A DNA stretch of 64,000 nucleotides from an uncultured Nitrososphaerota archaeon (GCA_964636085.1 CAZWPQ010000001.1:64650-128649); one strand, 5' to 3'; positions 17,227 to 27,589 are shown, counted from the stretch's first letter. Program-made: numbers and translations. The notes: a model not told the origin generated them from the sequence alone.

Positions 17227-19173
17227 ATGACCGACATACAAAATATAGTGCGGGATAAGGTTGGAACAATATTTGGTAGGGCGGGAGTTACTCAATTCTC
17301 CATGAGGGTTGAGCAGGGAAAATCTATACAAAAGGGACAATTTCTTCTTGTGATGGGTGATGGACGCATATTATTATCCCGCGTCATCGATATTGAGACA
17401 AGAGTCACCGAGACTATTGGTTTCTGTGAAATACTTGGAGAATGCGAAGACTCTAAACTAAAACAGTGCAACAGGCCTGTTAGAGCTGGATATGAGATTT
17501 ATAATCCCTCTGGAGAGTTCCTTAGTAGATTAGTTACAAGAACAACAAGGGAGGAGGGGCTATATATAGGCAAAATTCTCACGCATCCAGATTTCGTACC
17601 AGTCTATTATCGCCCAAAGGATCTCAGAGTCCACGTTCTTGTATCAGCCACAACAGGAGGGGGGAAATCCTACACACTATCAGTTTTTATTGAAGAGCTA
17701 ATTAAGAAAATGAGAAAGAAAAAAAATTTTGCAATAATAATTTTTGATGTCCATGATGAATACTCCGGGCTCGCTGTCCCTAACCAACATGATAAACAGG
17801 TCGAAGCGCTTAAAGAGTATAATTTAGAGCCACAAGGATTTGAAGATGATGTCCTAATATTTGATTGGGAGAATAACCCGCCCTATCTCAGCCCGATCTT
17901 CTCGCCTGATCGTCTCATGTTCATTTTCTCTATGAAAGAGCTAAGACTTGCCCTCCAACTTAAGCAATTAATGGGGGAGAAATCCCAAATGCATATTGAT
18001 GACCTATATAGGCTAGTGGAAATAAGTGATCTACACTTCCAAACAAAGCAGGCCTTGCTCACAAGAATCGGATCGCTAAGAGCCAGTGGATTCCTATCAT
18101 ATAACTATATCAAGCCCTCGGAATACTGCCAGCCTGGAAAAGTAACTATTTTTAGATTAATCGGTACACCACTTGGCGATTTGGGTGTACGTTTCTTCGT
18201 GGCGGATATCGTCCGCCAAGTATTTGAAGACAAAAAAGCTGGGAGAATTCAGCATAATGTGATTCTTGTTGTCGATGAGGCCCACTTATTTGCACCGGCA
18301 AAAGGTAAGGACGATCCAGTTAAGGAAATCCTTATCCGTGTCGCAAGAGAAGGACGCAAAATGGGTGTCTGGTTGATATTAGCTACACAGTCACCCAGAG
18401 ATCTAAGCGATGTTATAATAATTAACTGCTCCACAATAATAGCACTAAAGATGCAACGACATGATGTTTCAAAGCTGAGCCAACTATTTGGAATACCAAA
18501 AAAACTTGTCGAAGTACTTACATCCGTTTCTCCAGGCGAATGCTTTATAAAGGCACCATCATTCACAATACCCCTTATGGTTAAGGTAAGACCAAGACAA
18601 TCATCAGAACTTAAAGCAGAATATGTCAATTATGCACAACTAATAAAGAAAGTCGAAGAAATTGCTAAAAAAACCAGAAATATGATAGCTAAACTAAGAA
18701 AGAAAACCCATCCAGAACCCCCACCGCCCCCATCTCCTCCAATAACCCCAAAACCAATAAGACAGACACCAAAACCTCCTGAGCCCACACCCTCGCGGGT
18801 ATTTGAGGTAAGAAAAAAATATCAACGACCGCCTAGCCGACTACACAGAGAGACCGCTAAAATAAGAAGGGACGAAGAGGCTCTTGACTTCGTAGTTGGT
18901 ATATTGGCAGATCAAATAAAAGGCCATGATTACGCTGCACTTGGTTTAATACGAGCAATTCTTACCTATGGGGCCCTGGATATTGTTGAGGCCCTTCATT
19001 ATGCGTCGGAGGATGTTATCGATTCGCTGATAGCTGACGATATAATAAGAATCACAGATTCAAAAATTGTGCTAAATCTAGATAAAAGAATAGAGGAGTA
19101 TACTGGAAAGCGTGCCTCGGATTATCTAATAGAGCTGGCAAAAAGAAAACTTTGGGATCTATTAAAGACCTAA
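17227..19173 (+). CDS. HerA/FtsK-family ATPase (DUF87) with HAS-like N-terminus, Pro-rich linker and C-terminal domain
   Basis: HVLVSATTGGGKS, IFDVHDEY, VVDEAH, REGRK, ATQSP. Confidence 0.88.
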   Translation: MTDIQNIVRDKVGTIFGRAGVTQFSMRVEQGKSIQKGQFLLVMGDGRILLSRVIDIETRVTETIGFCEILGECEDSKLKQCNRPVRAGYEIYNPSGEFLSRLVTRTTREEGLYIGKILTHPDFVPVYYRPKDLRVHVLVSATTGGGKSYTLSVFIEELIKKMRKKKNFAIIIFDVHDEYSGLAVPNQHDKQVEALKEYNLEPQGFEDDVLIFDWENNPPYLSPIFSPDRLMFIFSMKELRLALQLKQLMGEKSQMHIDDLYRLVEISDLHFQTKQALLTRIGSLRASGFLSYNYIKPSEYCQPGKVTIFRLIGTPLGDLGVRFFVADIVRQVFEDKKAGRIQHNVILVVDEAHLFAPAKGKDDPVKEILIRVAREGRKMGVWLILATQSPRDLSDVIIINCSTIIALKMQRHDVSKLSQLFGIPKKLVEVLTSVSPGECFIKAPSFTIPLMVKVRPRQSSELKAEYVNYAQLIKKVEEIAKKTRNMIAKLRKKTHPEPPPPPSPPITPKPIRQTPKPPEPTPSRVFEVRKKYQRPPSRLHRETAKIRRDEEALDFVVGILADQIKGHDYAALGLIRAILTYGALDIVEALHYASEDVIDSLIADDIIRITDSKIVLNLDKRIEEYTGKRASDYLIELAKRKLWDLLKT

Positions 19174-19418
19174 TATGCTGTTCCCTCCAGTTTTATCTTA
19201 ATGTTTGATGGTGCTATAATTATAAACTCCGCCCCGACCCCAAGAACATTCAGTCTTAACTTATTACCAGCCTCTAAGATTCTCTTAACTACCTCTCTTC
19301 TAACACTTCTACTTTTGAAAGCAGAAAAACTTGCTACTATCACATTTCCTTTTCTGACTTCACTTAATATTCTAATAAGATCCCTGTGTGTCGAGACCTT
19401 TATAGCTACTATCTTCAT
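19170..19418 (-). CDS. sepF: Cell division protein SepF (archaeal)
   Basis: ILSEVRKGNVIV...VLGVGAEFIIIAPSNIKI; GGAGG SD before ATG 19418. Confidence 0.8.
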   Translation of the reverse strand: MKIVAIKVSTHRDLIRILSEVRKGNVIVASFSAFKSRSVRREVVKRILEAGNKLRLNVLGVGAEFIIIAPSNIKIKLEGTAY

Positions 19419-19509
19419 GCCTCCTTCCATAAATCCCCCAATTATTTTTTTAAGTTAATGATTATAAACCAAGATAATATCTGTAGAATATCATGCTGGT
19501 GCAATAGCA

Positions 19510-20217
19510 TTGCGACTCAAAATACTAAAGCAACCATCTCAAAGACAAGACTGTATTGTAGGTATAGACGAGGCGGGGAGAGGGCCCGTCATTGGTCCAA
19601 TGGTAATTGCTGGTGTTGCTGCTAACGAAGAAACAATCAAAGAGTTAGAGGCCATAGGAGTCGCTGATTCTAAGACAATCGCACCAACAAAGAGAAGTGA
19701 ACTATTTGATAAGATATTATCCATGGTGGATGGCGCAGCTGTTGTTTATGTGGAACCAAAAACAATGGATCGTTGGGTTCAAAGAAAGGGACTAAATGTT
19801 CTAGAAGCAAAAGCTATGGCTACAATAATGACAATGTTTAGGCATGCAAAATTATATATATTGGATACTCCATCATCCCCAAGAAAATTTAGGGAATATG
19901 TAACAAAATTCTCTAATATAGAGCCAAGTAGAATACTATTTGAACCAAAGGCCGATATGAAATATACTATAGTTGCGGCGGCCAGCATTATTGCTAAGGT
20001 ACTGAGAGACGCCGAGATTACCGAGATTAAAAGACAAACTGGAGTCGATTTTGGAAGCGGATACCCATCAGACCCCAAAACCATTCAACAACTAGAAACA
20101 ATATTAAGAATACGGCCCGAGGTAGTAAGAAAAAGCTGGAAAACAACAAAAAAAGTCTCAAATAAAAAGCTTGACGAATTCATCAACCCAACTAATAAAC
20201 CAAGAGGTGATTCTTAG
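19510..20217 (+). CDS. rnhB: Ribonuclease HII
   Basis: GIDEAGRGPVIGPMV, DSK, KAD..VAAASIIAKV.RD, GSGYPSDP, PIP-like KLDEF. Confidence 0.97.
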   Translation: MRLKILKQPSQRQDCIVGIDEAGRGPVIGPMVIAGVAANEETIKELEAIGVADSKTIAPTKRSELFDKILSMVDGAAVVYVEPKTMDRWVQRKGLNVLEAKAMATIMTMFRHAKLYILDTPSSPRKFREYVTKFSNIEPSRILFEPKADMKYTIVAAASIIAKVLRDAEITEIKRQTGVDFGSGYPSDPKTIQQLETILRIRPEVVRKSWKTTKKVSNKKLDEFINPTNKPRGDS

Positions 20218-20413
20218 CTAACTTGGACTTAAATTTCTCCATTTCTATGATCGTACAAAGTAAAAGAAGTTTACATCTACCCTCAAATACAAACTCTCTC
20301 GATCTAAAATCATAAAAAAGCGCCCCACGCCCATCTACACACCTGCAGACCTGTTCGCGTGATACTATAGCTATTTTTGCGCCTCCACGAACTATAAATT
20401 TTTCCTCTTCCAT
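20192..20413 (-). CDS. Small hypothetical protein
   Basis: Short ORF filling the gap; GGTGG SD-like sequence before ATG 20413; no family recognised. Confidence 0.45.
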   Translation of the reverse strand: MEEEKFIVRGGAKIAIVSREQVCRCVDGRGALFYDFRSREFVFEGRCKLLLLCTIIEMEKFKSKLAKNHLLVY

Positions 20414-20531
20414 TTGGCCACCTATACAAATCACCACACATAATCATGATATCCTATATTAAAATGAGTAATACATGTGTATTACCATTCATTTCATTGA
20501 AAAAGAGGGTATATGAAAAGTAAAAACAATT

Positions 20532-20843
20532 TCAACGTTTAGAGGTAAATTTAATGCCCATAGGCCTTATATGCTCTGGTCTAGCAATGATTTTCTTATA
20601 TTTGCCTCCATCCCTGACTAGTATAACATAGGCTTTGCCTCTTTTCTCAATGATCTCCCCTACCTTCCCATGAAACCTTTTATAGGGCATGCCCTTATGT
20701 ATGCTTGGATCAATCTTTATTACTACCTTCTCGCCTATACCGTACTGGTATAGGATTGCAGACATCGGAGGTAGTCCCCGCTCCTTGCATCTCTTGGATA
20801 GTAACTTTCTTGTGCGTGACCGTGGACCTTTAGAGTGCCTCAT
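20532..20843 (-). CDS. rpl21e: 50S ribosomal protein eL21
   Basis: SKGPRSRTR, IDPSIHKGMPYKRFHGKVG, RPEHI. Confidence 0.97.
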   Translation of the reverse strand: MRHSKGPRSRTRKLLSKRCKERGLPPMSAILYQYGIGEKVVIKIDPSIHKGMPYKRFHGKVGEIIEKRGKAYVILVRDGGKYKKIIARPEHIRPMGIKFTSKR

Positions 20844-21352
20844 TGTTTGCTCACCATTCTATATGCTTCGATTAGGTCCATATCTTCATCCTTAATTATT
20901 GTTTTTAAAATCTTGTACATCAGTTCTCGCTTTATAGCAAATAGCTTTGTTATATCTTTTAGTAGTATAGCAATCAAATCATGTACTCCCCTATCTTCAT
21001 CAACATTGACAACGGAGGGCATTTTGTCCACAAAGAAAGTCATGTCAAGACTTCCCTTCTTAAAAACTATGACGCCTCGCTCTCTTAATAGTTTCGAAAT
21101 GACCTCTTGGGAGTCGTCATCCACGGGGTCAAGAAAGGCTATATAGTCGACTGAACCACTCGAAATTTCAGGGGGAGGTGATACTTTCGACACGCTGAAA
21201 ATATATACTCCTATTTCCTTTTTGTTAGAAGCCTCCAAATAAACTTTTTGTAATCTACCACTAAGCTTTGTTAGTTTTAAGACCTCGAAAAAAATTTCTC
21301 GTATTAATTCCATAATTTTATCGTTAGCTACAATTGCGAAGCAATACTCCAT
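20840..21352 (-). CDS. Degenerate indolepyruvate oxidoreductase beta-like (IorB / POR gamma fold) protein
   Basis: PEISSGSVDYIAFLDP...LLRERGVIV resembles IorB; lacks the GVGGQG loop; directly follows the IorA-like gene. Confidence 0.55.
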   Translation of the reverse strand: MEYCFAIVANDKIMELIREIFFEVLKLTKLSGRLQKVYLEASNKKEIGVYIFSVSKVSPPPEISSGSVDYIAFLDPVDDDSQEVISKLLRERGVIVFKKGSLDMTFFVDKMPSVVNVDEDRGVHDLIAILLKDITKLFAIKRELMYKILKTIIKDEDMDLIEAYRMVSKQ

Positions 21353-21361
21353 CCTTAGTCC

Positions 21362-22720
21362 CTATACAAAAACTACTATTAATTTCCTTTTTTTGACTGC
21401 CTTTTTAATTTCTTCCTCATAGTCATCGCTTATTATCTGTGCCCTTGACCCTATTACTTCTGATATACTCTTTTCGATTGGCCTATAGCTCCCCTCAGGG
21501 ACAAACTCTGTCGAAAGAACAAAAATAATTTTTGCCTCAAGACCCATAAATTCCTGTATTGATTCTCCTAACTCTGCAAATTGGGATATATGAGAGACAA
21601 CAATTAATGTTCTCTTCCCAGAATCCACTAGTTTTGTATATAGATCCATAAAATCATCCACATATTCTGCACTTGAATCAATCTCTATTGGCTTAACAAC
21701 AATAACCTCGGCCTCATGCAATATTTCTTTTACGATGCTTACAGCCTCGCTAGCCCTACCGCTATATATTTTGACCTCACTTCTCAGTTTCACTCCTTCG
21801 ACAGCTTCATAATACCCTCTACCCAGAACATTCATTATCTGATTATACAGGATATCGCCTAGACTTGGAGTAGAAGATTCTAATGCTTCTATATTCGTAA
21901 TGTTCGGTATCCTGTTCAGTTCACCCCTCTCTATAAGCTCTTGAGATATCATTCTCAGATAACTCGATACAAGACCACTCAAGCTTATAATGTTGTTATG
22001 TTTAAGCATTATGTTTCTGAGATAACGACGGATCCTATTATTTAATTCTACAATACCATAAATCGTAAGATCTTTCTGCATATTCGCCCTACTAACAATA
22101 TCAAGCACATAATTGATACACGAACCTATACCAATAATTGCTGTTTTCCCCGAACCTACGCACAAGTTAAACGACAATTCGTTTGATGAGACGCCACGCT
22201 CGATGGACGCGAAATCTATTTCCTCCTCAAATATCTCTAGATTAATTATATCGGGCTCACAAACCGATACAATTACAGGTCTTTGTCTACCAGAGAAAAC
22301 CTTAGTTGCTAAGGCAACCATCGTCGGGAAATTTGGAGGAAGATATATGGGGAGGTTCTTATCAATAGCCAGCTTTATTAATGTATTGAGGGCTTCTCTG
22401 CTTCCACACAATATATTTAGATATATGTTCTTGTTCTCATTTTGCTCTAAAATGGGTACCATCTTCTCTACAATGTAGAATATATTGTAGACATTGTGTT
22501 TCTCTGCAGACATAATCGCTATAGAGTCGCCTTCCGACTTCATTATACGTACAAACATCGCATAGGGATTTGGAACATATATTTTTCTTATTTTTCCTAG
22601 CATGATCCTGTTGGATATTTTGAGGGATATTGGATCCATATTTACATAAAATACTTCAACCCCATAGCGAGAAGCTATGCGTTCTAGCATACTTGGAACT
22701 GACTGCCTATCCTTACCCAA
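21362..22720 (-). CDS. Degenerate indolepyruvate oxidoreductase alpha-like (IorA) protein
   Basis: Residual motifs RPVIV, GSGKTAIIGIGSCINYVLD, VSHISQF; no ThDP GD motif and no ferredoxin cysteines. Confidence 0.55.
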   Translation of the reverse strand: MGKDRQSVPSMLERIASRYGVEVFYVNMDPISLKISNRIMLGKIRKIYVPNPYAMFVRIMKSEGDSIAIMSAEKHNVYNIFYIVEKMVPILEQNENKNIYLNILCGSREALNTLIKLAIDKNLPIYLPPNFPTMVALATKVFSGRQRPVIVSVCEPDIINLEIFEEEIDFASIERGVSSNELSFNLCVGSGKTAIIGIGSCINYVLDIVSRANMQKDLTIYGIVELNNRIRRYLRNIMLKHNNIISLSGLVSSYLRMISQELIERGELNRIPNITNIEALESSTPSLGDILYNQIMNVLGRGYYEAVEGVKLRSEVKIYSGRASEAVSIVKEILHEAEVIVVKPIEIDSSAEYVDDFMDLYTKLVDSGKRTLIVVSHISQFAELGESIQEFMGLEAKIIFVLSTEFVPEGSYRPIEKSISEVIGSRAQIISDDYEEEIKKAVKKRKLIVVFV

Positions 22721-22781
22721 AATTTAGCACCCATAAATAAATTTATTCCCAAAAATTAAAAACAATGATACACAGGCCTCA

Positions 22782-23678
22782 TCACGTTAGAATCTCCGCA
22801 GAGTTTGTTTTCACGAGAATTGTATGCTCAAACTGAGAAACCCATCTTCTCTCAGACTCTATGAGCGTCGGATATGCCCTTATCCTTCCTTCATAAAATT
22901 TTTCAATTAATACCCTCTCAAGTCTCTCTCTAAATATGGGGTCCATTCTTGCTTTGCCTATCCACCTTAACGTAAATGGTAGCTTGTCAAACATTTTATA
23001 TAGGGTCTCTAAGATCCTATCCCCTTGGTGATTGCGTATGGAGAATATAAACACTCTTGTCATATCTGGATTCGTTGAACTATCCTTACCTACTGGAATC
23101 AAAAATGGCTCTATTGCTATAATCATATTTTCCTTGAGTTTTGGCGAGAACATACGTGGAACATTAGGAATTGTTATTCCCGAGTGTAGATTCCACTTAT
23201 CTATTGAGTGCCCACCTAGGTCAGCTAGAACCCCAAACCCCCTGTCATGGGCAATTTTCCAAATAAGCTCCCCGATGAACCCCACTCTTACACCAGCCTT
23301 TACATGTTCAATAGCTACACTTAATGCTTCTTTCGTAGCACGTATTAATTCCACTAATTTCTTATCAATACCTATGCCTACTGTTATTGCTGTATCTGCT
23401 ATGGCTCCGTCATCCATAAGTACTCCTAGATCCACCTTTACCAATGCTTTGTTTGGTATTGTAGTCCTGTCGCCGGGAGGCGATGTATAATGCGCAGCAA
23501 CTTCGTTTATACTAATGTTTGCAGGGAAGGCAGGTCTGGCGCCTTCATCCCTTATCATCTGCTCTATTTTTTCACATAATTCCAATACTTTTTTGCCGGG
23601 CCTAATTTCCTTTTCAATGCTTGATAAAATTTTATGGGCTATCTCACCAGCCTTGTACCAGGTCTCAGAAACACTCAT
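22782..23678 (-). CDS. map: Methionine aminopeptidase type II
   Basis: AFPANISINEVAAHY, VKVDLG..IADTA, GHSI..LHSG, AIEPF, QFEHT. Confidence 0.96.
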   Translation of the reverse strand: MSVSETWYKAGEIAHKILSSIEKEIRPGKKVLELCEKIEQMIRDEGARPAFPANISINEVAAHYTSPPGDRTTIPNKALVKVDLGVLMDDGAIADTAITVGIGIDKKLVELIRATKEALSVAIEHVKAGVRVGFIGELIWKIAHDRGFGVLADLGGHSIDKWNLHSGITIPNVPRMFSPKLKENMIIAIEPFLIPVGKDSSTNPDMTRVFIFSIRNHQGDRILETLYKMFDKLPFTLRWIGKARMDPIFRERLERVLIEKFYEGRIRAYPTLIESERRWVSQFEHTILVKTNSAEILT

Positions 23679-24706
23679 AGGGATTCATCCAGTATTAATA
23701 ATTCCTTTATTTCAGTGGGGGCCAAGCCATAATATATGGATTCCGCTATAGCCTTTAGGTTTCTGTACTCAAATTCGAAAAGCCTAATGATTCCATATAC
23801 ATATGTGAAATGTATTGGAAATTTGTGTAACATTGCAAGAATCTTGCGCATAATAATCCTCCCACCTAAACTCTTTGCTTTTATGTCAGACCCAACAAGG
23901 TAATACTCGGCCACGTCCTTATAGGGTTCAGGCACCATTTTCATAATGACCTCAGTTTCTAGACCATAGGCTTTCTTAAGGCTCTCCAAACTAACCTTGT
24001 ACTCGTAAGGAATCAACATATCCCACGCAATACTGGGCGAGTATCCATAGAGCAGTGGTCCAATAGCTATCGCGATGTTTGTAATATCTATCTCGGTACC
24101 AATAATTTCGCCCAGACTATCCCTATCCTCTTCTTCTAAATGTTCAAGGGCTCTAATATACTTGATATAATACTGTCTACGTAATGCCATCTCTATTATG
24201 TATATGGTTCTATACTTTTTCCACAAGTCGATATATGCCTTATCTATGTTAAATGGAGGATAAGCTAACTGGTCAACACAAGCATCTACTGTTTCTGCTT
24301 TTAGAAACCTTCCTATGTCCACTTTTGTAAAGGGAAGAACATAATAATCCCGCGACTTATGCTCTATCCCCGCCATTTTCTCCGAGATTACCTCTAAGAC
24401 GCCATCAATATCGAATCGAAATAGGTGGGTTTCCATTAGGTCTCTAGCATTACCTGGCAGAACTTTAATAAACCGTTCTGCGATATCAGAAAAATAACTT
24501 TTGAAGCCATTAACTAGGCTCTCTAATGTTACTTCTGCCAGCTGAACCATATAGTCCCTATACCGTGTCAATTGTAGAAAACCGACCAGTTCCTCCAAAG
24601 ACTTGGAATTTATTAAGTCTCTCTTTATTGTCTCGAGGGGTATTAAGTATGTTCTATATGCATGGGCTCTCGTAGAGGCATATACTATATCTATCTCATG
24701 CATCAC
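23675..24706 (-). CDS. atpC: A/V-type ATP synthase subunit C (V0 d-like)
   Basis: YASTRAHA, LQLTRY, IGTEIDITNI, EFEYRNLKAI; lies in the ATPase cluster. Confidence 0.88.
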   Translation of the reverse strand: MMHEIDIVYASTRAHAYRTYLIPLETIKRDLINSKSLEELVGFLQLTRYRDYMVQLAEVTLESLVNGFKSYFSDIAERFIKVLPGNARDLMETHLFRFDIDGVLEVISEKMAGIEHKSRDYYVLPFTKVDIGRFLKAETVDACVDQLAYPPFNIDKAYIDLWKKYRTIYIIEMALRRQYYIKYIRALEHLEEEDRDSLGEIIGTEIDITNIAIAIGPLLYGYSPSIAWDMLIPYEYKVSLESLKKAYGLETEVIMKMVPEPYKDVAEYYLVGSDIKAKSLGGRIIMRKILAMLHKFPIHFTYVYGIIRLFEFEYRNLKAIAESIYYGLAPTEIKELLILDESL

Positions 24707-25314
24707 AATCCCTCCCCAACACCAGTAATTAGCACCCTCAAGGAAGATAACTCCGCAATGAAAAATTCAGACAACATAGACAACACATAAGATATTTTTT
24801 CCTTTAAGCTAGGTATAACCACCTTATCCAACGTATTAACTATCCTATTAGTGACTTCAAGCTCCCTCAACAACAACTCTATCTTCACAAAAATCGAGGC
24901 CAATCTCAGAATATCTGGAATAGACAATTTCAGCTTCTTCGCCAATGCTCTAATACCCTCTGGAAACCTATCCTTGAGCTCTGGAAACTCTTCTACCTCA
25001 AATACAGGAACTAGAATACCTCTCTCCGAAATGTATCTTACGGATATTTTCAGCTTTCCTTTTTGGATCAATGCATAAATTCTCAAACTCCTACCGTAGA
25101 CTATAGCTGTCGCCAGTACAAACTTCATCAGCTCTATCAATTCTCTCTTTAGGAATAAAATTACCTCTTTCATCTCCTCAATAGTCTTTTTAATCGCACT
25201 TTGAAGGGAGTCCCTCTTCTTCTCAAGAATTCTCTTAGAGAAATCAACTAGCCTAAGTTTTTTCCTTAGTTCCAATAAGAAAATTTTTGTAGGGAGTACA
25301 TACTCAGAGCTCAT
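24703..25314 (-). CDS. atpD: A/V-type ATP synthase subunit D (divergent)
   Basis: PTKIFLLELRKKL..ILEKKRDSL, ELEVTNRIVNTLDKVVIP. Confidence 0.85.
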   Translation of the reverse strand: MSSEYVLPTKIFLLELRKKLRLVDFSKRILEKKRDSLQSAIKKTIEEMKEVILFLKRELIELMKFVLATAIVYGRSLRIYALIQKGKLKISVRYISERGILVPVFEVEEFPELKDRFPEGIRALAKKLKLSIPDILRLASIFVKIELLLRELEVTNRIVNTLDKVVIPSLKEKISYVLSMLSEFFIAELSSLRVLITGVGEGL

Positions 25315-25315
25315 A

Positions 25316-25558
25316 CTACCTTCTCCCCCACCCAAAAATAATTACCGCTAGAACCAATGGCAACACGGAAGCTATCATCACCCCAACAATAATCACCAAG
25401 ATAGGATTCAACCTTATTTTTGTCATGAGTATTAGGTATATTCCTAACACCTGTATGGAAACTAATAATAGGAAATATGTGATGGCCAGTCTTATGTTCC
25501 TTCTCTTGTATTCTTCCTCCTCCATAGATCCATAATTCCATGCTAATGCGAACTGCAT
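25316..25558 (-). CDS. Small two-TM membrane protein within the ATPase cluster
   Basis: Two hydrophobic segments; ATG 25558 follows AAGGATAGG (alternative start 25525); stop lies 1 nt before the atpD start. Confidence 0.65.
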   Translation of the reverse strand: MQFALAWNYGSMEEEEYKRRNIRLAITYFLLLVSIQVLGIYLILMTKIRLNPILVIIVGVMIASVLPLVLAVIIFGWGRR

Positions 25559-25571
25559 GCCTATCCTTTCT

Positions 25572-27500
25572 TCATAACCTAAATGGTCTGAAGGCCCTGC
25601 CCCTACCAATATACCACTTAGTCGAGAATTCATAGAATAGCAACCTCAGAGCCTGTAATGATACAACCAATAACTCTAGTGTCAATACTAGAAAATTCAT
25701 ACCCAACAACATTCCATAATAGACCACTGTACCCATATTTTTCATTACCTCCACTACCAGTGCGAACGCTGCATGACCTATCAAGAAACCAGCTAGCCTA
25801 GTAAATGATAGTGTATTTGCGATCATAGATAGTAACATTTCTATAAGAGAAGGCAATTTATCACCCAAATTCTTCTCGATTATTCCTCCAACCAAAAATA
25901 GTACTATGCCCGCCAACAATACGTAAAAAGGCCAACTATCAACCAGCGCGAGAGGATTAAATACCGCCATTCCCTTCCTAGGAAATACTAAGGAAACTTT
26001 TATACCAGCAATCTCAAATGGACGCAGAAGCGTAATCCCTATGAAATATAGACCAGTCAAAATAAGTCCTAGGTACATAGCTAGTCCTGGGATGCCCCAT
26101 TCTCCAAATATTGCCTCTTTGTATTCTCCATGTTTTATACTCCGATACATAAATAGGAAACATGCCAACACAATTTCTATAATCCCTATCAACAGCGCGT
26201 ACTTTATCACCCAAGATACACTGGCTCTATCCTCCAGCCAATGTTCAACAAGACCAGGCATAAGCGGAGGATATATTTCTACAAGGAAAAACTCGCCGTA
26301 TAGCAATCCAAAAAACGTTGATGATAACCCTACCGTTATGAATAGATTGCCAAGCTTTTTACCAGAGAAACCAAAAACTTCTCTTTTCCTATAGAATATA
26401 ATACCCATCAATATTATCGCTAGACCTTGTCCAATATCAGGGAACATGAATCCAAACATAAATGCCCACATAATGCCTGCAAGGAACCATGGGAAGATAT
26501 CCTCTCTCGTAGGATAGCCCATCTGTAAGAACAAAGATTGCCATGATGGCACAACTTTTCCTGGCTTTATAGGAGTAGGTGTTTCTTCTCTTCTCCCCGG
26601 TTTTTCCTTTAATATTGAGACTGTAATCCCCTTAAGCTTCTTAATCGCCTCCTCTAGGTGAATAATTTTGTCTTCAGGTACCCAACATTGGAGAAATGCT
26701 ATATATTCTCCTTTCAATGAGTAGGTCCTAGCTTTTAGGAACTTATTGAGAATCAATGCCTTCCTGTATAGCCTTGCAAGCTTTATCGTAGCGTCTTTTA
26801 TTATCCTATCACGTTGGTTTTTGATCCTTTTAGTTGTTGACTCCAATTCCAAAATTCTGTTCCTTACTGCCTCTATTATTGAGGTTTTATCTGTTTCAAG
26901 TTTGGGTATATCTATCACTCTATAATCTATTTTCGAGATAATCAGCCTAATAATATTCCATATTTCATCGTTCTTAACCGACATGTAGAAGATAGTATTA
27001 TCGCCGTAGGAAGCAACAATGTACTCTACACCTATGTTATCAAGCATGGCTTTTATATAGTCCTCATTCAATCTATCAACCATAATGGCTTTTCCTCCCT
27101 CCCTATATATACTCTCCGCCTTCGGAGATGCACGAAGTATACATTCAAAAATGCGAAGATTCTCCAATTCTTTCGTCAGCGTAGCCAATGCGGCTATCTC
27201 TGATAAGCTCTTTTCCAAATTATTATACTCGCCTAGTAGTTCCTCATATCTATATCTTCTTATCTCAACTTCCCTAGAAACATCACTAACATATTTTTTA
27301 AGATCAATACCAAATTTTCCAGCCAATTTCTCCATCTTATCTATCAGCAGTATAACATATCGTGTTTCCTCTGGAACCTCCCTTCTGAACCCCATGACTT
27401 CTTCTGGTACAATGAACTCCACACATCCTAATTTACCTATTAGCAATATTAAATCCTCCTCATACTCCTTGGGATACATTATCGTTAATTTTTTAAGCAC
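25572..27500 (-). CDS. atpI: A/V-type ATP synthase subunit I (V0 a-like)
   Basis: WVPE, FMFGFMFPDIGQG, GLLYGEFF, NTLSFTRL..H, LQALRLLFYEF. Confidence 0.95.
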   Translation of the reverse strand: MLKKLTIMYPKEYEEDLILLIGKLGCVEFIVPEEVMGFRREVPEETRYVILLIDKMEKLAGKFGIDLKKYVSDVSREVEIRRYRYEELLGEYNNLEKSLSEIAALATLTKELENLRIFECILRASPKAESIYREGGKAIMVDRLNEDYIKAMLDNIGVEYIVASYGDNTIFYMSVKNDEIWNIIRLIISKIDYRVIDIPKLETDKTSIIEAVRNRILELESTTKRIKNQRDRIIKDATIKLARLYRKALILNKFLKARTYSLKGEYIAFLQCWVPEDKIIHLEEAIKKLKGITVSILKEKPGRREETPTPIKPGKVVPSWQSLFLQMGYPTREDIFPWFLAGIMWAFMFGFMFPDIGQGLAIILMGIIFYRKREVFGFSGKKLGNLFITVGLSSTFFGLLYGEFFLVEIYPPLMPGLVEHWLEDRASVSWVIKYALLIGIIEIVLACFLFMYRSIKHGEYKEAIFGEWGIPGLAMYLGLILTGLYFIGITLLRPFEIAGIKVSLVFPRKGMAVFNPLALVDSWPFYVLLAGIVLFLVGGIIEKNLGDKLPSLIEMLLSMIANTLSFTRLAGFLIGHAAFALVVEVMKNMGTVVYYGMLLGMNFLVLTLELLVVSLQALRLLFYEFSTKWYIGRGRAFRPFRL

Positions 27501-27589
27501 CCCAATATCCCTCCTAGTAACTTAATTCTCCCATCTATATACAAAACATATTTTATAACCCGTTTAACTATATATTGCGAGGGATCAGA

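Noticed and set aside
18700-18800. C-rich low-complexity tract as a DNA repeat
   Set aside because: Explained by the Pro-rich linker codons of the HerA-like gene; no periodic unit
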